A stretch of 64,000 bases of DNA, taken from assembly GCA_965242495.1 (NCBI GenBank), contig OZ251446.1:2751530-2815529 (forward strand), given 5' to 3'. The position numbers and the translations under genes are program-made. Below the pieces are notes generated by a model. The model ran no database searches. It worked only from the letters and a program-made list of their open reading frames with translations, and was not told where the DNA came from. The first letter of the stretch is position 1, and each line of letters begins with the position of its first letter. This document shows, piece after piece, positions 53,198 to 62,692 of the stretch. This DNA is from Alphaproteobacteria bacterium (GTDB lineage Bacteria > Pseudomonadota > Alphaproteobacteria > MPNO01).

Positions 53198-53965
53198 CTA
53201 TACCGCCGACCGGATCAGGCCGCCATCGACGGCGACGGTGACGCCGTTGACGTAGCTCGCGCGCTCCGACGCCAGGAAGGCCACCACGTCCGCCACCTCG
53301 CGCGCCGCGCCCAGCCGGCGGATCGGCAGGTCGGCGGCGCTGTCGCGGTAATACGCTTCTTCGTCCATGCCCGACGCCCGCGCGCCGTCGCGCAGGCGGT
53401 CGGTCAGGATGCGTCCGGGCGCCACGGTGTTGAGCAGGACGCCGTCGGCGGCGAGTTCCGCCGACAGGTCCTTGATCAGGCCGGCGGCGCCCGGCCGCGC
53501 CGCGTTGGAGGCCGCGAGGCCCGGGATCGGCTCCTTGACCGAGCGCGACTGCACGGCCACGATCCGGCCCCAGCCCTTGCTGCGCATGTGCGGCGCGACC
53601 GCGCGGATCAGGCGGGCGGTGGCCAGCACCGTCATCTCGAAGGCGCGCGCGAAATCCTCGTCCGTCGTCCGGTCGAACGGGCCGTAGGGCGGCGAGCCGC
53701 CGATCGCGACCAGCACGTCGACGCCGCCGAAACGCGCGACGGTCCGCGCCACCAGCCGGTCGACGTCGCCTGCCTCGGTCACGTCCGCGGGTTCAGCCAT
53801 CGCGCCGGGGCCGATCTCGGCGGCCGCGGCGCGGAGTTCCGCCGCGCCCCTGGCGCAGATCGCGACGTTCGCGCCCTCGCCCGCCAGGGCCGCGGCGCAC
53901 GCCTTGCCGATGCCGCGGCTGGCCGCCGTGACGATCGCCGTCTTCCCCGCGAGCCCCAGGTCCAT
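53198..53965 (-). CDS. SDR oxidoreductase
   Basis: MDLGLAGKTAIVTAASRGIG, SNAAR, NTVAPGRILTDR. Confidence 0.9.
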   Translation of the reverse strand: MDLGLAGKTAIVTAASRGIGKACAAALAGEGANVAICARGAAELRAAAAEIGPGAMAEPADVTEAGDVDRLVARTVARFGGVDVLVAIGGSPPYGPFDRTTDEDFARAFEMTVLATARLIRAVAPHMRSKGWGRIVAVQSRSVKEPIPGLAASNAARPGAAGLIKDLSAELAADGVLLNTVAPGRILTDRLRDGARASGMDEEAYYRDSAADLPIRRLGAAREVADVVAFLASERASYVNGVTVAVDGGLIRSAV

Positions 53966-54075
53966 CCATCGGCCTCCCCGGCCCCACTCTCCGTCATTAG
54001 GGCGGGGCTGTCGATCCCGGCGGGCGCCGACCGGGTCGTGGCCAGGGCGGGAAGCGCGGGCTAACCTGCCTCCGC

Positions 54076-55545
54076 ATGGCCGCTTGGAGCATATCGGACC
54101 GCCCCGGCATGGCGGTCGCCGCGTTGTGCGCGGCGCAGGCGGCGTTCTGGACCCTGGCGCCGGGCTTGAGCCATCAGGCGCCGCCGCTCGACGTGGTCGA
54201 GAGCCTCGTCTGGGGGCGCGAGGGCGTAGTTGCGACCTACAAGCATCCGAACCTGCCGGGGCTGGCCCTGGAGGGCGCGCGCCTCCTGTCCGGCGGCGCG
54301 GTCTGGCCGTCCTTTCTGGTCTCGCAGGCCTTCGTCGTCGGCAGCTTCGCCGCCGTCTACTTGCTCGGGCGGGCGCTTCTCGGGTCGAGACGCGCGCTCG
54401 CCGGCGTGCTGCTGTTGACCGGCGTGTTCTACTATTCCTGGCCGACCCCGGAGATGAACCACAACGTCGCCCAGATGCCGCTCTGGGCCGGCCTCTGCCT
54501 GTCGCTGTGGCGCGCCTCGCGGGGCGGCGGCCTCGTCTGGTGGATCGCGCTCGGCGTTTTCGCCGGCCTGTCGCTATGGGCGAAATACGCCGCCTGCGCG
54601 CTGTTCGCCGCGGCCCTCGGATGGATGCTGTGGGACGCGCAGGCGCGGTCCCGCCTGGCGACGCCCGGACCCTGGGTCGCCCTGGCCCTGGCGGGGCTGA
54701 TCGCCCTACCGCAGCTGCGCTTCGTGATCGCGAGCGGCCTGCTGCCGGTGGAATACGCCTTGGCGCGCTCGTCCGGCGTTCGCGGCGACGGGGGGGGGGG
54801 CGCGCAGGGTTTCCTGCTCGCCCAGCTCGCCGACCACGGCGTGTTTCTGCTCATGGCCGCGGCCGCCGGGCTGTTCGGCCCCGGCGCCGCGCGGCGGCCG
54901 CCGCACGAGGCCGCGGCGCGCCGCTTCCTGCTGGCGATGGGTCTGGGGCCGGCGCTGCTGGTCGCCGCGTCGGCCGCCCTGCTGGACATGGGGGTCAAGG
55001 ACATGTGGGGCGCGCCCATGTTCAACCTGTCGGGCCTCCTGGCCCTCGCCCTGTTTCCGGGGCGGTTCGGCGACCGGGGGCTGCGGCGGCTGATCGGCTG
55101 CGCCGCGGTCCTGCTGGTCGCGGTCCCTGCCGCCTACGGCGCGGCGGTCGCCTTTCGCGGCCAGCTGTCGGACCGGCCGTCGCGGGCCGTATGGCCGCAG
55201 GACGCCATCGCCCGCAGCCTCCTCCGGGCCTATGAGAGCGAAGTCGGGCGGCCGCCCGACGTCGTCGCCGGTCCGGTATGGGAGGCCGGCCTGGTCGCGC
55301 TCCGGGCGCCGGGCCGTCCGTCGGTCCTGATCGACGGCGAGGTCGCGAAGTCTCCCTGGCTGGCCGGGCGCGATCCGGCGCGGCGCGGCGCGCTCGCCGT
55401 ATGGTCGACCGAAGCCGGGCCGCCGGACGGGCTGAAGCCGTTGATCGCGGACCGCCCGGTCGGGCGGCGGACTTACCCGTGGACCGGCGCCGACGGCGCG
55501 CGGCCGATCCGGCTGTCCTACGTCGTCGTCCCGCCGCGCGAATAG
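54076..55545 (+). CDS. ArnT/PMT-like (GT39/GT83) membrane glycosyltransferase
   Basis: PLDVVE...WG...YKHPNL, NHN, LWAKY motifs; polytopic; G11 run at 54790-54800. Confidence 0.8.
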   Translation: MAAWSISDRPGMAVAALCAAQAAFWTLAPGLSHQAPPLDVVESLVWGREGVVATYKHPNLPGLALEGARLLSGGAVWPSFLVSQAFVVGSFAAVYLLGRALLGSRRALAGVLLLTGVFYYSWPTPEMNHNVAQMPLWAGLCLSLWRASRGGGLVWWIALGVFAGLSLWAKYAACALFAAALGWMLWDAQARSRLATPGPWVALALAGLIALPQLRFVIASGLLPVEYALARSSGVRGDGGGGAQGFLLAQLADHGVFLLMAAAAGLFGPGAARRPPHEAAARRFLLAMGLGPALLVAASAALLDMGVKDMWGAPMFNLSGLLALALFPGRFGDRGLRRLIGCAAVLLVAVPAAYGAAVAFRGQLSDRPSRAVWPQDAIARSLLRAYESEVGRPPDVVAGPVWEAGLVALRAPGRPSVLIDGEVAKSPWLAGRDPARRGALAVWSTEAGPPDGLKPLIADRPVGRRTYPWTGADGARPIRLSYVVVPPRE

Positions 55546-55561
55546 CCGGGGCGGTCCCGGC

Positions 55562-56702
55562 TGTCCAGGTCCAGACAGATGTGAGACGAGGAGGTTGAAG
55601 GAAGGTTGGGGGTCTCCGAAGCTGTTGGTTTGGACAGACAGCTGGAAGGAGAACCCCCATGCAGGTTTTCGGCCTGCCCCGTCATGTTACACGGGGCACC
55701 GCCCTGGCGTCACGCCTGTGCGGCAAGGAGCGGAGCGACGAGGCGCACAGGCGTGACGCCCTGAAGCGTTGGCATCGCGCCCGCGACAATGGCCTCTGCG
55801 CCGCCGATGCGGCCGCCGCCGTCGGCGTGTCGCGGGCCACCCTCTACCGCTGGCGGAAGCTTCACGACCAGGGCCGCCTGGCCCCGCGCTCGCGACGGCC
55901 CCGGCGCTCACGACGGCCCGAATGGTCGCCGCAACTGGCGGCGGCGGTGCATGAGATGCGCGCCGACTTCCCGATGTGGGGCAAGGCCAAGCTCACCATC
56001 CTGCTGCGCCGCCAGGGATACACCGCCAGCCAGAGCACCGTGGGCCGCATCCTCAAGAACCTCGTCCAACGAGGCGCCGTCACCCCCGTCCCCACCCTCC
56101 GATGCAAGGCCCCGCGACGCAGCCGCAAGCACAGCCGGCCACACGCCAGACGCCTCCCCAAGGGGCGCAGACCCACAGCCCCAGGCGAGATCGTCCAACT
56201 CGACACCCTCTCCCTCTCCCCAGGACACGGACGACCCCCACTCAAGCAGTTCACCGCCTGCGATCCCGTCGCCAAGTGGACCTGCGCACAAGCCTGCCGG
56301 CGCGCAACCACACACAACGCCAAACGCTTCCTCGACAAGCTCCAGGACGACATGCCCTTCCCCATCCAGGCCATCCAGGTCGATGGCGGCTCCGAGTTCA
56401 AGGCCAGCTTCGAGCACGAATGCCAGAAACGCGGCATCCAACTCTTCGAACTGCCCCCCAAATCGCCCGAACTCAACGGACACGTCGAGCGCAACAACGC
56501 CGCTTGGCGATACGAATTCTACGCAACCTGGGACCTCAACACCGACAACCTCGACGACATCAACCGATGGATCGACGCCTTCGCCGACGAGTTCAACACC
56601 TTCCGACCACACCAAGCCCTCGACGGACATACCCCCGCCGAGTACCTTCTCTCACTGACAGCACAGGAAACCCCACCGTCTCATATGTAGTGAACCCGGA
56701 CA
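55562..56702 (+). mobile_element. Complete IS481-family insertion sequence, 1141 bp
   Basis: TGTCCAGGTCCAGACAGATGTGAGAC / GTCTCATATGTAGTGAACCCGGACA ends (TGT...ACA); 5-bp target duplication CCGGC (55557-55561, 56703-56707). Confidence 0.88.
55659..56690 (+). CDS. IS481-family DDE transposase
   Basis: GVSRATLYRW HTH; VQLDT, IQVDGGSEF, NGHVERN; RPHQAL. Confidence 0.92.
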   Translation: MQVFGLPRHVTRGTALASRLCGKERSDEAHRRDALKRWHRARDNGLCAADAAAAVGVSRATLYRWRKLHDQGRLAPRSRRPRRSRRPEWSPQLAAAVHEMRADFPMWGKAKLTILLRRQGYTASQSTVGRILKNLVQRGAVTPVPTLRCKAPRRSRKHSRPHARRLPKGRRPTAPGEIVQLDTLSLSPGHGRPPLKQFTACDPVAKWTCAQACRRATTHNAKRFLDKLQDDMPFPIQAIQVDGGSEFKASFEHECQKRGIQLFELPPKSPELNGHVERNNAAWRYEFYATWDLNTDNLDDINRWIDAFADEFNTFRPHQALDGHTPAEYLLSLTAQETPPSHM

Positions 56703-56770
56703 CCGGCTTGCGGATCGGACGGCGTCTGCTAGGCTCCGCGGCGAGGACATCCCGACGCTCCGGGGGTGCG

Positions 56771-57472
56771 ATGGCGGACGCCCCGACTCCGGCCCGGGCC
56801 GCCGTCCCCGTGGCGGCCAACCTCGCCGCCGCGCGCGCGCGGATCGACGAAGCCGCGCGCCGCGCCGGCCGGGCGCCCGAATCGGTGACGCTGGTCGCGG
56901 TGGCGAAGACCCATCCGGCGGCGCTCGTCCTCCCCGCCCTCGATGCGGGCCATCGCGTCTTCGGCGAGAACCGGGTCCAGGAGGCGAAGGCGAAATGGCC
57001 GCCGCTCAAGGCGCGCCATCCGGACGTCGAGCTGCGTCTGATCGGGCCGTTGCAGACCAACAAGGCGAGGGAGGCGGTGGCCCTGTTCGACGTGATCGAG
57101 ACCGTCGACCGGCCGAAGCTCGCCCGCGCCCTGGCCCGCGAGATCGATCGCGGCGGGCGGCGGCCGTCCTGCTTCGTCGAGGTCAACACCGGCGAGGAGG
57201 CGCAGAAGTCGGGCGTCCCGCCCGAGGAGGCCGACGCCCTGGTCGCGCTGTGCCGCGACGAGTGCGGGCTCCACGTCCAGGGGCTCATGTGCATCCCGCC
57301 GGCCGGCGAGGAGCCGGCGCTGCACTTCGCCCTGCTCGCCCGGATCGCGGCGCGCAACGGGCTCGACCGGCTGAGCATGGGAATGAGCGCCGATTTCGAG
57401 ACCGCGATCGCCTTCGGCGCCACCCATGTCCGGCTGGGGACGGCCGTCTTCGGGGCCAGACGGCGGTCTTGA
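56771..57472 (+). CDS. yggS: PLP homeostasis protein
   Basis: LVAVAKT, FGENRVQE, IGPLQTNK, GLMCIPP, LSMGMSADF, HVRLGTAVFG. Confidence 0.93.
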   Translation: MADAPTPARAAVPVAANLAAARARIDEAARRAGRAPESVTLVAVAKTHPAALVLPALDAGHRVFGENRVQEAKAKWPPLKARHPDVELRLIGPLQTNKAREAVALFDVIETVDRPKLARALAREIDRGGRRPSCFVEVNTGEEAQKSGVPPEEADALVALCRDECGLHVQGLMCIPPAGEEPALHFALLARIAARNGLDRLSMGMSADFETAIAFGATHVRLGTAVFGARRRS

Positions 57473-57522
57473 AGTCCGTCCGCCGGCCGATCCGCGTGAC
57501 CCCGATCGACGACGAGGGCCGG

Positions 57523-58056
57523 TCAGCCCGACCCGGATCGGGGCGGCGGTTCGATCCGCACCAGGTCGTCCGGCCGCCACGCCGACAGCAGGGTCGCGAG
57601 GTCCGCGAGCGCCATGGCGATGCAGCCTTCGGTCGGCGGATAGCCGGGCCGCGCGACGTGAAGGAACACGGCGCTGCCCAGCCCGCGCCGCACCGGGTCG
57701 TCGTTGTGGCCGATGACCGCAATCAGATCGTATGCCCCGTCCTCCCGCCACAGCGCCTCGGCGCGCGCCGGGTAGGGCAGCGCCACCTGCCGGTTGTAGG
57801 CGGTGTCGTCCGGATCGTCGCACCAGCCGTCGCCGGGCGACAGCGCCCGCGCCGGCAGGATCGACGCCGGGACGGTCAGCCGGTCGGGCCGATAGAGCAC
57901 CCGGCGCAGCGGGAAGACGCCGGCCGGCGTGGCCCCGTCGCCCTCGCGCTTGCGCCGCGCGACGCCGGCCCGCCCGACGGCGCAGCGGAGCCGCCGACCC
58001 CGCCACAGGGCGACGCCGTCGGCGTGGACCGTCATGCCGCGGATCGCGCGACCCAT
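57523..58056 (-). CDS. L,D-transpeptidase family protein
   Basis: KREGDGATPAG, WCDDP, GSAVFLH...TEGC. Confidence 0.88.
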   Translation of the reverse strand: MGRAIRGMTVHADGVALWRGRRLRCAVGRAGVARRKREGDGATPAGVFPLRRVLYRPDRLTVPASILPARALSPGDGWCDDPDDTAYNRQVALPYPARAEALWREDGAYDLIAVIGHNDDPVRRGLGSAVFLHVARPGYPPTEGCIAMALADLATLLSAWRPDDLVRIEPPPRSGSG

Positions 58057-58187
58057 GCCGCCCTTATACCGCCGGCCCGGCACCGTCGAAAACCGGCGCC
58101 GGGCGGGTTGACGCCGGCGCGCGGGCGACTATCTCCCCGAAGGCGGGACGCGACGCGGGGACCGGCGGCCGGGGCGAGCCGAGGACG

Positions 58188-58877
58188 ATGACCAACGGCC
58201 GGACGATTCTGCTGGTGGACGACGACGAGGCCCTGTGCGAGGCGCTGAGCGAACAGCTCCGGCCGCAGGCGGAGTTCGCCGTCGTCGTCGCCCATAGCGG
58301 CGCCGAGGCGCTGGAGCGGAGCGAGGCGGCGGAGATCGACCTGGTGCTGCTCGACGTGGGGCTGCCCGACATGGACGGCCGCGAGGTCTGCCGGTTGCTC
58401 CGCCGAGCGAATCTGCGCGCGCCGATCATCATGCTGACCGGCGCGCAGGGCGAAGCGGACACCATTCTGGGCCTGGACGCCGGGGCCAACGACTACGTGA
58501 CCAAGCCGTTCCGTCTCGGCGTGCTGCTGGCGCGCATCCGGGCGCAGCTGCGCCAGCACGAGCGCAGCGAAGATGCGGTCTACGCCATCGGGTCCTACCG
58601 CTTCCGACCGGCGGCCAAGCTGCTGCTCGACGCCGACGGCCGCCGCAAGGTCCGCCTGACGGAGAAGGAGACCGCGATTCTCCGATACCTGCTGCGCGCG
58701 GGCGAGGCCGCGGTCGGGCGCGACGCGCTGCTTCGCGAGGTGTGGGGCTACAACGCCGGCGTGACCACCCACACGCTGGAAACGCACGTCTACCGCCTGC
58801 GCCAGAAGATCGAGCGCGATCCGTCGCGGGCGGAAATCCTGGTCACCGAGCCGGGCGGCTACCGGTTGATCCCCTGA
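58188..58877 (+). CDS. OmpR-family response regulator
   Basis: LLVDDD, LLDVGLPDMDG, DYVTKPF, winged helix HTLETHVYRLRQKIE. Confidence 0.93.
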   Translation: MTNGRTILLVDDDEALCEALSEQLRPQAEFAVVVAHSGAEALERSEAAEIDLVLLDVGLPDMDGREVCRLLRRANLRAPIIMLTGAQGEADTILGLDAGANDYVTKPFRLGVLLARIRAQLRQHERSEDAVYAIGSYRFRPAAKLLLDADGRRKVRLTEKETAILRYLLRAGEAAVGRDALLREVWGYNAGVTTHTLETHVYRLRQKIERDPSRAEILVTEPGGYRLIP

Positions 58878-58887
58878 GAAATCGGAC

Positions 58888-59026
58888 CCGCGAAAGAGCG
58901 TGTGAAGAAATCCCGAGACGTCCGCGTGAGTGTCCGTTCAGCTGCCGACGGCCCGAGGGAGGCCATCGGCTCGAGGCGGATACGCCAACAATTCGTCATT
59001 CCTCCGGCCCCGACCGGGGGAATGAC
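58888..59026. repeat. REP composite with solitary IS1182-type end
   Basis: CCGCGAAA then GAGCGTGTGAAGAAATCCC (58896), conserved linker (58961) and GTCATTCC...GGAATGAC palindrome. Confidence 0.7.
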
Positions 59027-59114
59027 GGAGGGGCTGTACGGACTCTGAATCCTCCGAACGGTCGCGCCGGCCCGCGCGTCTCGCCCCTGCCGCGGCCCGG
59101 GCGAGACACATGGG

Positions 59115-59879
59115 CTACAGCGTCAGCACGCCGCCGCCGTCCACGTTGAGCACGGTCCCGGTGATGTAGCTCGCCCGGTCGGAGGCGAGGAACAGCACCG
59201 CGTCGGCGACCTCGCCGGCCTCGCCGAAGCGCCGCAGCGGGAAGGAGGCCGCCGGGTCGCGCCCGCCCGCGGCGGCACTCGCGTCCTGCATCGCGTCCTG
59301 GCGCGGCGAACGGATCGGCCCCGGGGCCACGGCGTTGATGCGCACGCCCTCCGGGCCGAAGCGGTTGGCGAGCCCGCGCACGATCAGGTTGACCGCGGCG
59401 TTGACGCTGCCGCCCGGCATGTGGATCGGGATCGGCATCTTGCCGCCGGTGCCGGTGACGCAGACGATCGCGCCCCGGCCGCGCGCCGCCATGTCGGGCA
59501 GGGCGGCCTGGATGCAGGCGACGTAGCCCAGATACTTGGCCCCGATGGTGGCCTGGAAGGCGGCCTGGTCGAGATCGAGGAACTCGCCATAGGCCGGTAC
59601 GTTCATGCTGGTCACCAGAACGTCGATCCGGCCCCAGGCGCCGACGATGCGCGTCGCCGCGGCCTTGGCCTCGGCGGCGACGCTGGCGTCCATCGGCGCC
59701 TCCAGCGCGTCGCGCCCCGCGGCGCGAAGCTCCGCCGCCAGGGCGGCGACCGCCGCCGCGCGCCGCGACGAGAGCGCCGTCCGCGCGCCCTCCGCCGCGA
59801 AGTCGCGCGCGATCGCGGCGCCGAGCGCGCCCGTGGCGCCCGCGATCCAGACCACCTTGTCCCGCAGTTCGAGGTCCAT
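59115..59879 (-). CDS. SDR oxidoreductase
   Basis: VWIAGATGALG, INAVAPGPI, FLASDRASYITG. Confidence 0.88.
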   Translation of the reverse strand: MDLELRDKVVWIAGATGALGAAIARDFAAEGARTALSSRRAAAVAALAAELRAAGRDALEAPMDASVAAEAKAAATRIVGAWGRIDVLVTSMNVPAYGEFLDLDQAAFQATIGAKYLGYVACIQAALPDMAARGRGAIVCVTGTGGKMPIPIHMPGGSVNAAVNLIVRGLANRFGPEGVRINAVAPGPIRSPRQDAMQDASAAAGGRDPAASFPLRRFGEAGEVADAVLFLASDRASYITGTVLNVDGGGVLTL

Positions 59880-60055
59880 GCCTTGTCCGTCCCCATCGCC
59901 GCCGACAATCGCCGCGCCCACTCTGGCGCAGTCGCGGCGCGTTCGCCAGAGCCGGGACGCCGGCCAGGGATTCGCGCTTTCCCCGGCGCGGGGGTTCGCG
60001 CAAACTGAACGATGCGGCCGCCGGCGGCGGGGCGGCGGGGATTCGGAGCGCAGGC

Positions 60056-60889
60056 GTGGAATCAGGCGGCGGATTTTCGGTGCGCTTCTGGGGAGTCCGG
60101 GGCAGCATCGCCTGCCCCGGACCCGACACGCTGCGCTACGGCGGCAACACGCCCTGCGTCGAGATGCGCTGCGGCGAGCGGGTGCTGGTCTTCGACGCCG
60201 GCACCGGCATCCGGCGGCTCGGCGAGGACCTCGCGGCGCGCGGGGTGGACGACGTCGACGTGTTCTTCTCGCACACCCATATCGACCACATCGTCGGCGT
60301 GCCCTTCTTCGGCTTCGCCTACCATCCGGGCAACCGAGCGCGCGTATGGGGCGGCCATCTGCTGCCCGACCGGACGATCGAGGGCGCGATCCGCGCCTTC
60401 ATGAGCGCGCCGCTGTTCCCGGTGCCGTTCGACGCGCTCCGCGCCCGCGTCGCGTTCGAGGACTTCCGCGCCGGCGAGCGGCTCGACCCGCGCGCCGGGA
60501 TCGCAGTCGGGACGGCTCCGCTCCGCCACCCCGACGGCGCCACCGGCTACCGCGTCGAGTACGGCGGCAAGGCGGTCTGCTACGTCACCGATACCCAGCA
60601 CGCGCCGGGGACGCCGGACGCCGAGGTGCTGACCCTGATCGAAGGGGCCGACGTCGTGATCTACGACGCCACCTTCACCGATGAGGAGTTCCCCCGCTAC
60701 GCCGACTGGGGACATTCGACCTGGCAGGAATGCCTGCGCCTCTGCCGCCGCGCGGGCGTGCGGACTCCGGTGATGTTCCACCATCTGCCGGGCCGCGACG
60801 ACGACGCGCTCGACCGCATCGCCGAGGCCGCGGCGCAGGCGTTTCCGGGCGCCGTCGTGGCCTGCGAGGGCATGACGCTCAACCCGTGA
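60056..60889 (+). CDS. MBL-fold metallo-hydrolase
   Basis: FWGVRGSIACP, YGGNTPC, DAGTG, SHTHIDH, WGHSTW, FHH. Confidence 0.9.
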   Translation: MESGGGFSVRFWGVRGSIACPGPDTLRYGGNTPCVEMRCGERVLVFDAGTGIRRLGEDLAARGVDDVDVFFSHTHIDHIVGVPFFGFAYHPGNRARVWGGHLLPDRTIEGAIRAFMSAPLFPVPFDALRARVAFEDFRAGERLDPRAGIAVGTAPLRHPDGATGYRVEYGGKAVCYVTDTQHAPGTPDAEVLTLIEGADVVIYDATFTDEEFPRYADWGHSTWQECLRLCRRAGVRTPVMFHHLPGRDDDALDRIAEAAAQAFPGAVVACEGMTLNP

Positions 60890-61764
60890 CCGGGCGGATC
60901 CGAGGCGCCGGCCCGCGCGCGCGGCTGCGCCGCCTGGCGATGGGCCTGGGGACGGCGACGGGGCTCGCGCCGCGGGGTTTCTTCATCCCCTACCGCTTCG
61001 CCGGCCGGCTGCCGGCGCGGACCGCGTCCTACCCGGGCCTCGCCGCGCGGTTCGAGGCGCGGCGGCCGGCTTTCGCCTGCTGCCTCGACGCCATCGAGAC
61101 CCATGCGCAGGAGCTCGAGGCGATCGGCGGAGCGGCTCCGCCCGCGCCGCGCTGGGACCAGGACTGGTTTCCCCGCCTCGACGCCGCCGCCGCCTACGCC
61201 CTGCTGCGCCGACTGCGTCCGCGCCGCGTGATCGAGGTCGGCTCCGGCCACTCGACCCGCTTCCTCGTCCGGGCGGCGCGCGACGGAGGGTTCGATCCCG
61301 GCGTCGTCTGCTTCGACCCGGCGCCGCGCGCGCGCCTCGACCGCCTCGGCGTCGAGCACCGCCCGCGCATGGTCGAAGCGGCCGACGCGCCGCTGTTCGC
61401 CGCGCTGGAGGCGGACGACGTGGCGTTCGTCGATTCGAGCCATATCCTCATGCCCGGGACCGACGTCGACATCCTGCTCAACCACGTCTGGCCGATGCTG
61501 CGCGCGGGCGTCGTCCTGCACGTCCACGACGTGTTTCTGCCCGACGACTACCCCTCCGCCTGGCGCTGGCGCGGCTACAACGAGCAGCTCGGCGTCGCCC
61601 CGTTGATCGCGTCGGCGGCGGCCGAACTGCTGTTCGCCAGCCGCTACGTCGCGACCCGTATGGCCGGGCGGGTCGCGACCGGCGTCCTCGGCCGGCTGCC
61701 GCTGCCCGCGGGCGCGGTCGAATCGAGCCTCTGGCTGCGCAAGCGGGTCCCGGCGGCGGCGTGA
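60886..61764 (+). CDS. Class I SAM-dependent methyltransferase (Methyltransf_24-like)
   Basis: VIEVGSGHST, FVDSSH, HVHDVFLPDDYP, YNEQ. Confidence 0.82.
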   Translation: MTGRIRGAGPRARLRRLAMGLGTATGLAPRGFFIPYRFAGRLPARTASYPGLAARFEARRPAFACCLDAIETHAQELEAIGGAAPPAPRWDQDWFPRLDAAAAYALLRRLRPRRVIEVGSGHSTRFLVRAARDGGFDPGVVCFDPAPRARLDRLGVEHRPRMVEAADAPLFAALEADDVAFVDSSHILMPGTDVDILLNHVWPMLRAGVVLHVHDVFLPDDYPSAWRWRGYNEQLGVAPLIASAAAELLFASRYVATRMAGRVATGVLGRLPLPAGAVESSLWLRKRVPAAA

Positions 61765-61850
61765 CCTTCGATTCGGGGTTCCCTTCGCGCCGCCCCGATG
61801 CCAGTCTGCGCGCCGTCGAACGGCCCGGACCCCGGAAACCGCCCGCTGCG

Positions 61851-62666
61851 ATGCATCCGTTCCGCTACCACCGGCCGACGAGCGCCGCCGCGGCCGCGGC
61901 CGTCCTCGCCGCGGCGCCCGAGGCGCGGCCGCTCGCCGGGGGCATGAGCCTGACGCCGATGATGCGGCATCGGCTGGCCCGGCCGTCGGACCTGGTCGAT
62001 CTCGCCGGCGTCGCCGGGCTCGACGGGATCGCCGTCGAGGACGGCGAGGTCGTCGTCGGCGCGATGACGCCGCACGCCGCAGTCGCTTCCTCGGCCGAGA
62101 TCGCCCGCGCCATCCCCGCCCTCGCCCGGCTCGCCGGCGGGATCGGCGATCCCCTGGTCCGCAACCGGGGGACGCTCGGCGGCTCGCTGGCGCATAACGA
62201 CCCGGCGGCGGACTATCCGGCGGCGGCGCTGGGCCTCGCCGCCTCCATCGTCACCGCGCGGCGCACGGTCGCGGCCGACGCCTTCTTCGTCGGCGCGTTC
62301 GAGACCGCGCTCGAGCCGGGCGAGATCGTCGTCCGGGTGCGCTTCCCGATCCCCGACCGGGCGGCCTACGTCAAGTTTCCCAACCCCGCCTCGCGCTTCT
62401 CGATCGTCGGCGCGTTCGTGTCGCTGACCGGGGCCGCGGCCCGCGTCGCGATCACCGGGGCGGGCGCCTGCGTCTTTCGCCAGACCGCCTTCGAGGCCGC
62501 GCTGTCGCGGCGCTTCGCCCCCGATGCGATCGAGTCGATCGAAGTCGCGCCCGACGGGCTGATCGCCGATCTCCACGGCGACGCCGAATATCGCGCCCAT
62601 TTGATCGGGGTTCTGACCCAGGATGCGGTCGCGGCCGCGGTCGGCGCCGCGCCGCCGCCCGGCTAG
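61851..62666 (+). CDS. CoxM/xanthine dehydrogenase-family FAD-binding subunit
   Basis: LAGGMSL, IGDPLVRNRGTLGGSLAHNDPAADYP, KFPNPASRF. Confidence 0.9.
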   Translation: MHPFRYHRPTSAAAAAAVLAAAPEARPLAGGMSLTPMMRHRLARPSDLVDLAGVAGLDGIAVEDGEVVVGAMTPHAAVASSAEIARAIPALARLAGGIGDPLVRNRGTLGGSLAHNDPAADYPAAALGLAASIVTARRTVAADAFFVGAFETALEPGEIVVRVRFPIPDRAAYVKFPNPASRFSIVGAFVSLTGAAARVAITGAGACVFRQTAFEAALSRRFAPDAIESIEVAPDGLIADLHGDAEYRAHLIGVLTQDAVAAAVGAAPPPG

Positions 62667-62692
62667 GCGGTCGGCCCGGATCCCGCCGCGGC

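Noticed and set aside
55976-57472. 498-aa ORF suggesting an IS-yggS fusion
   Set aside because: Chance open frame through the IS; yggS has its own ATG at 56771
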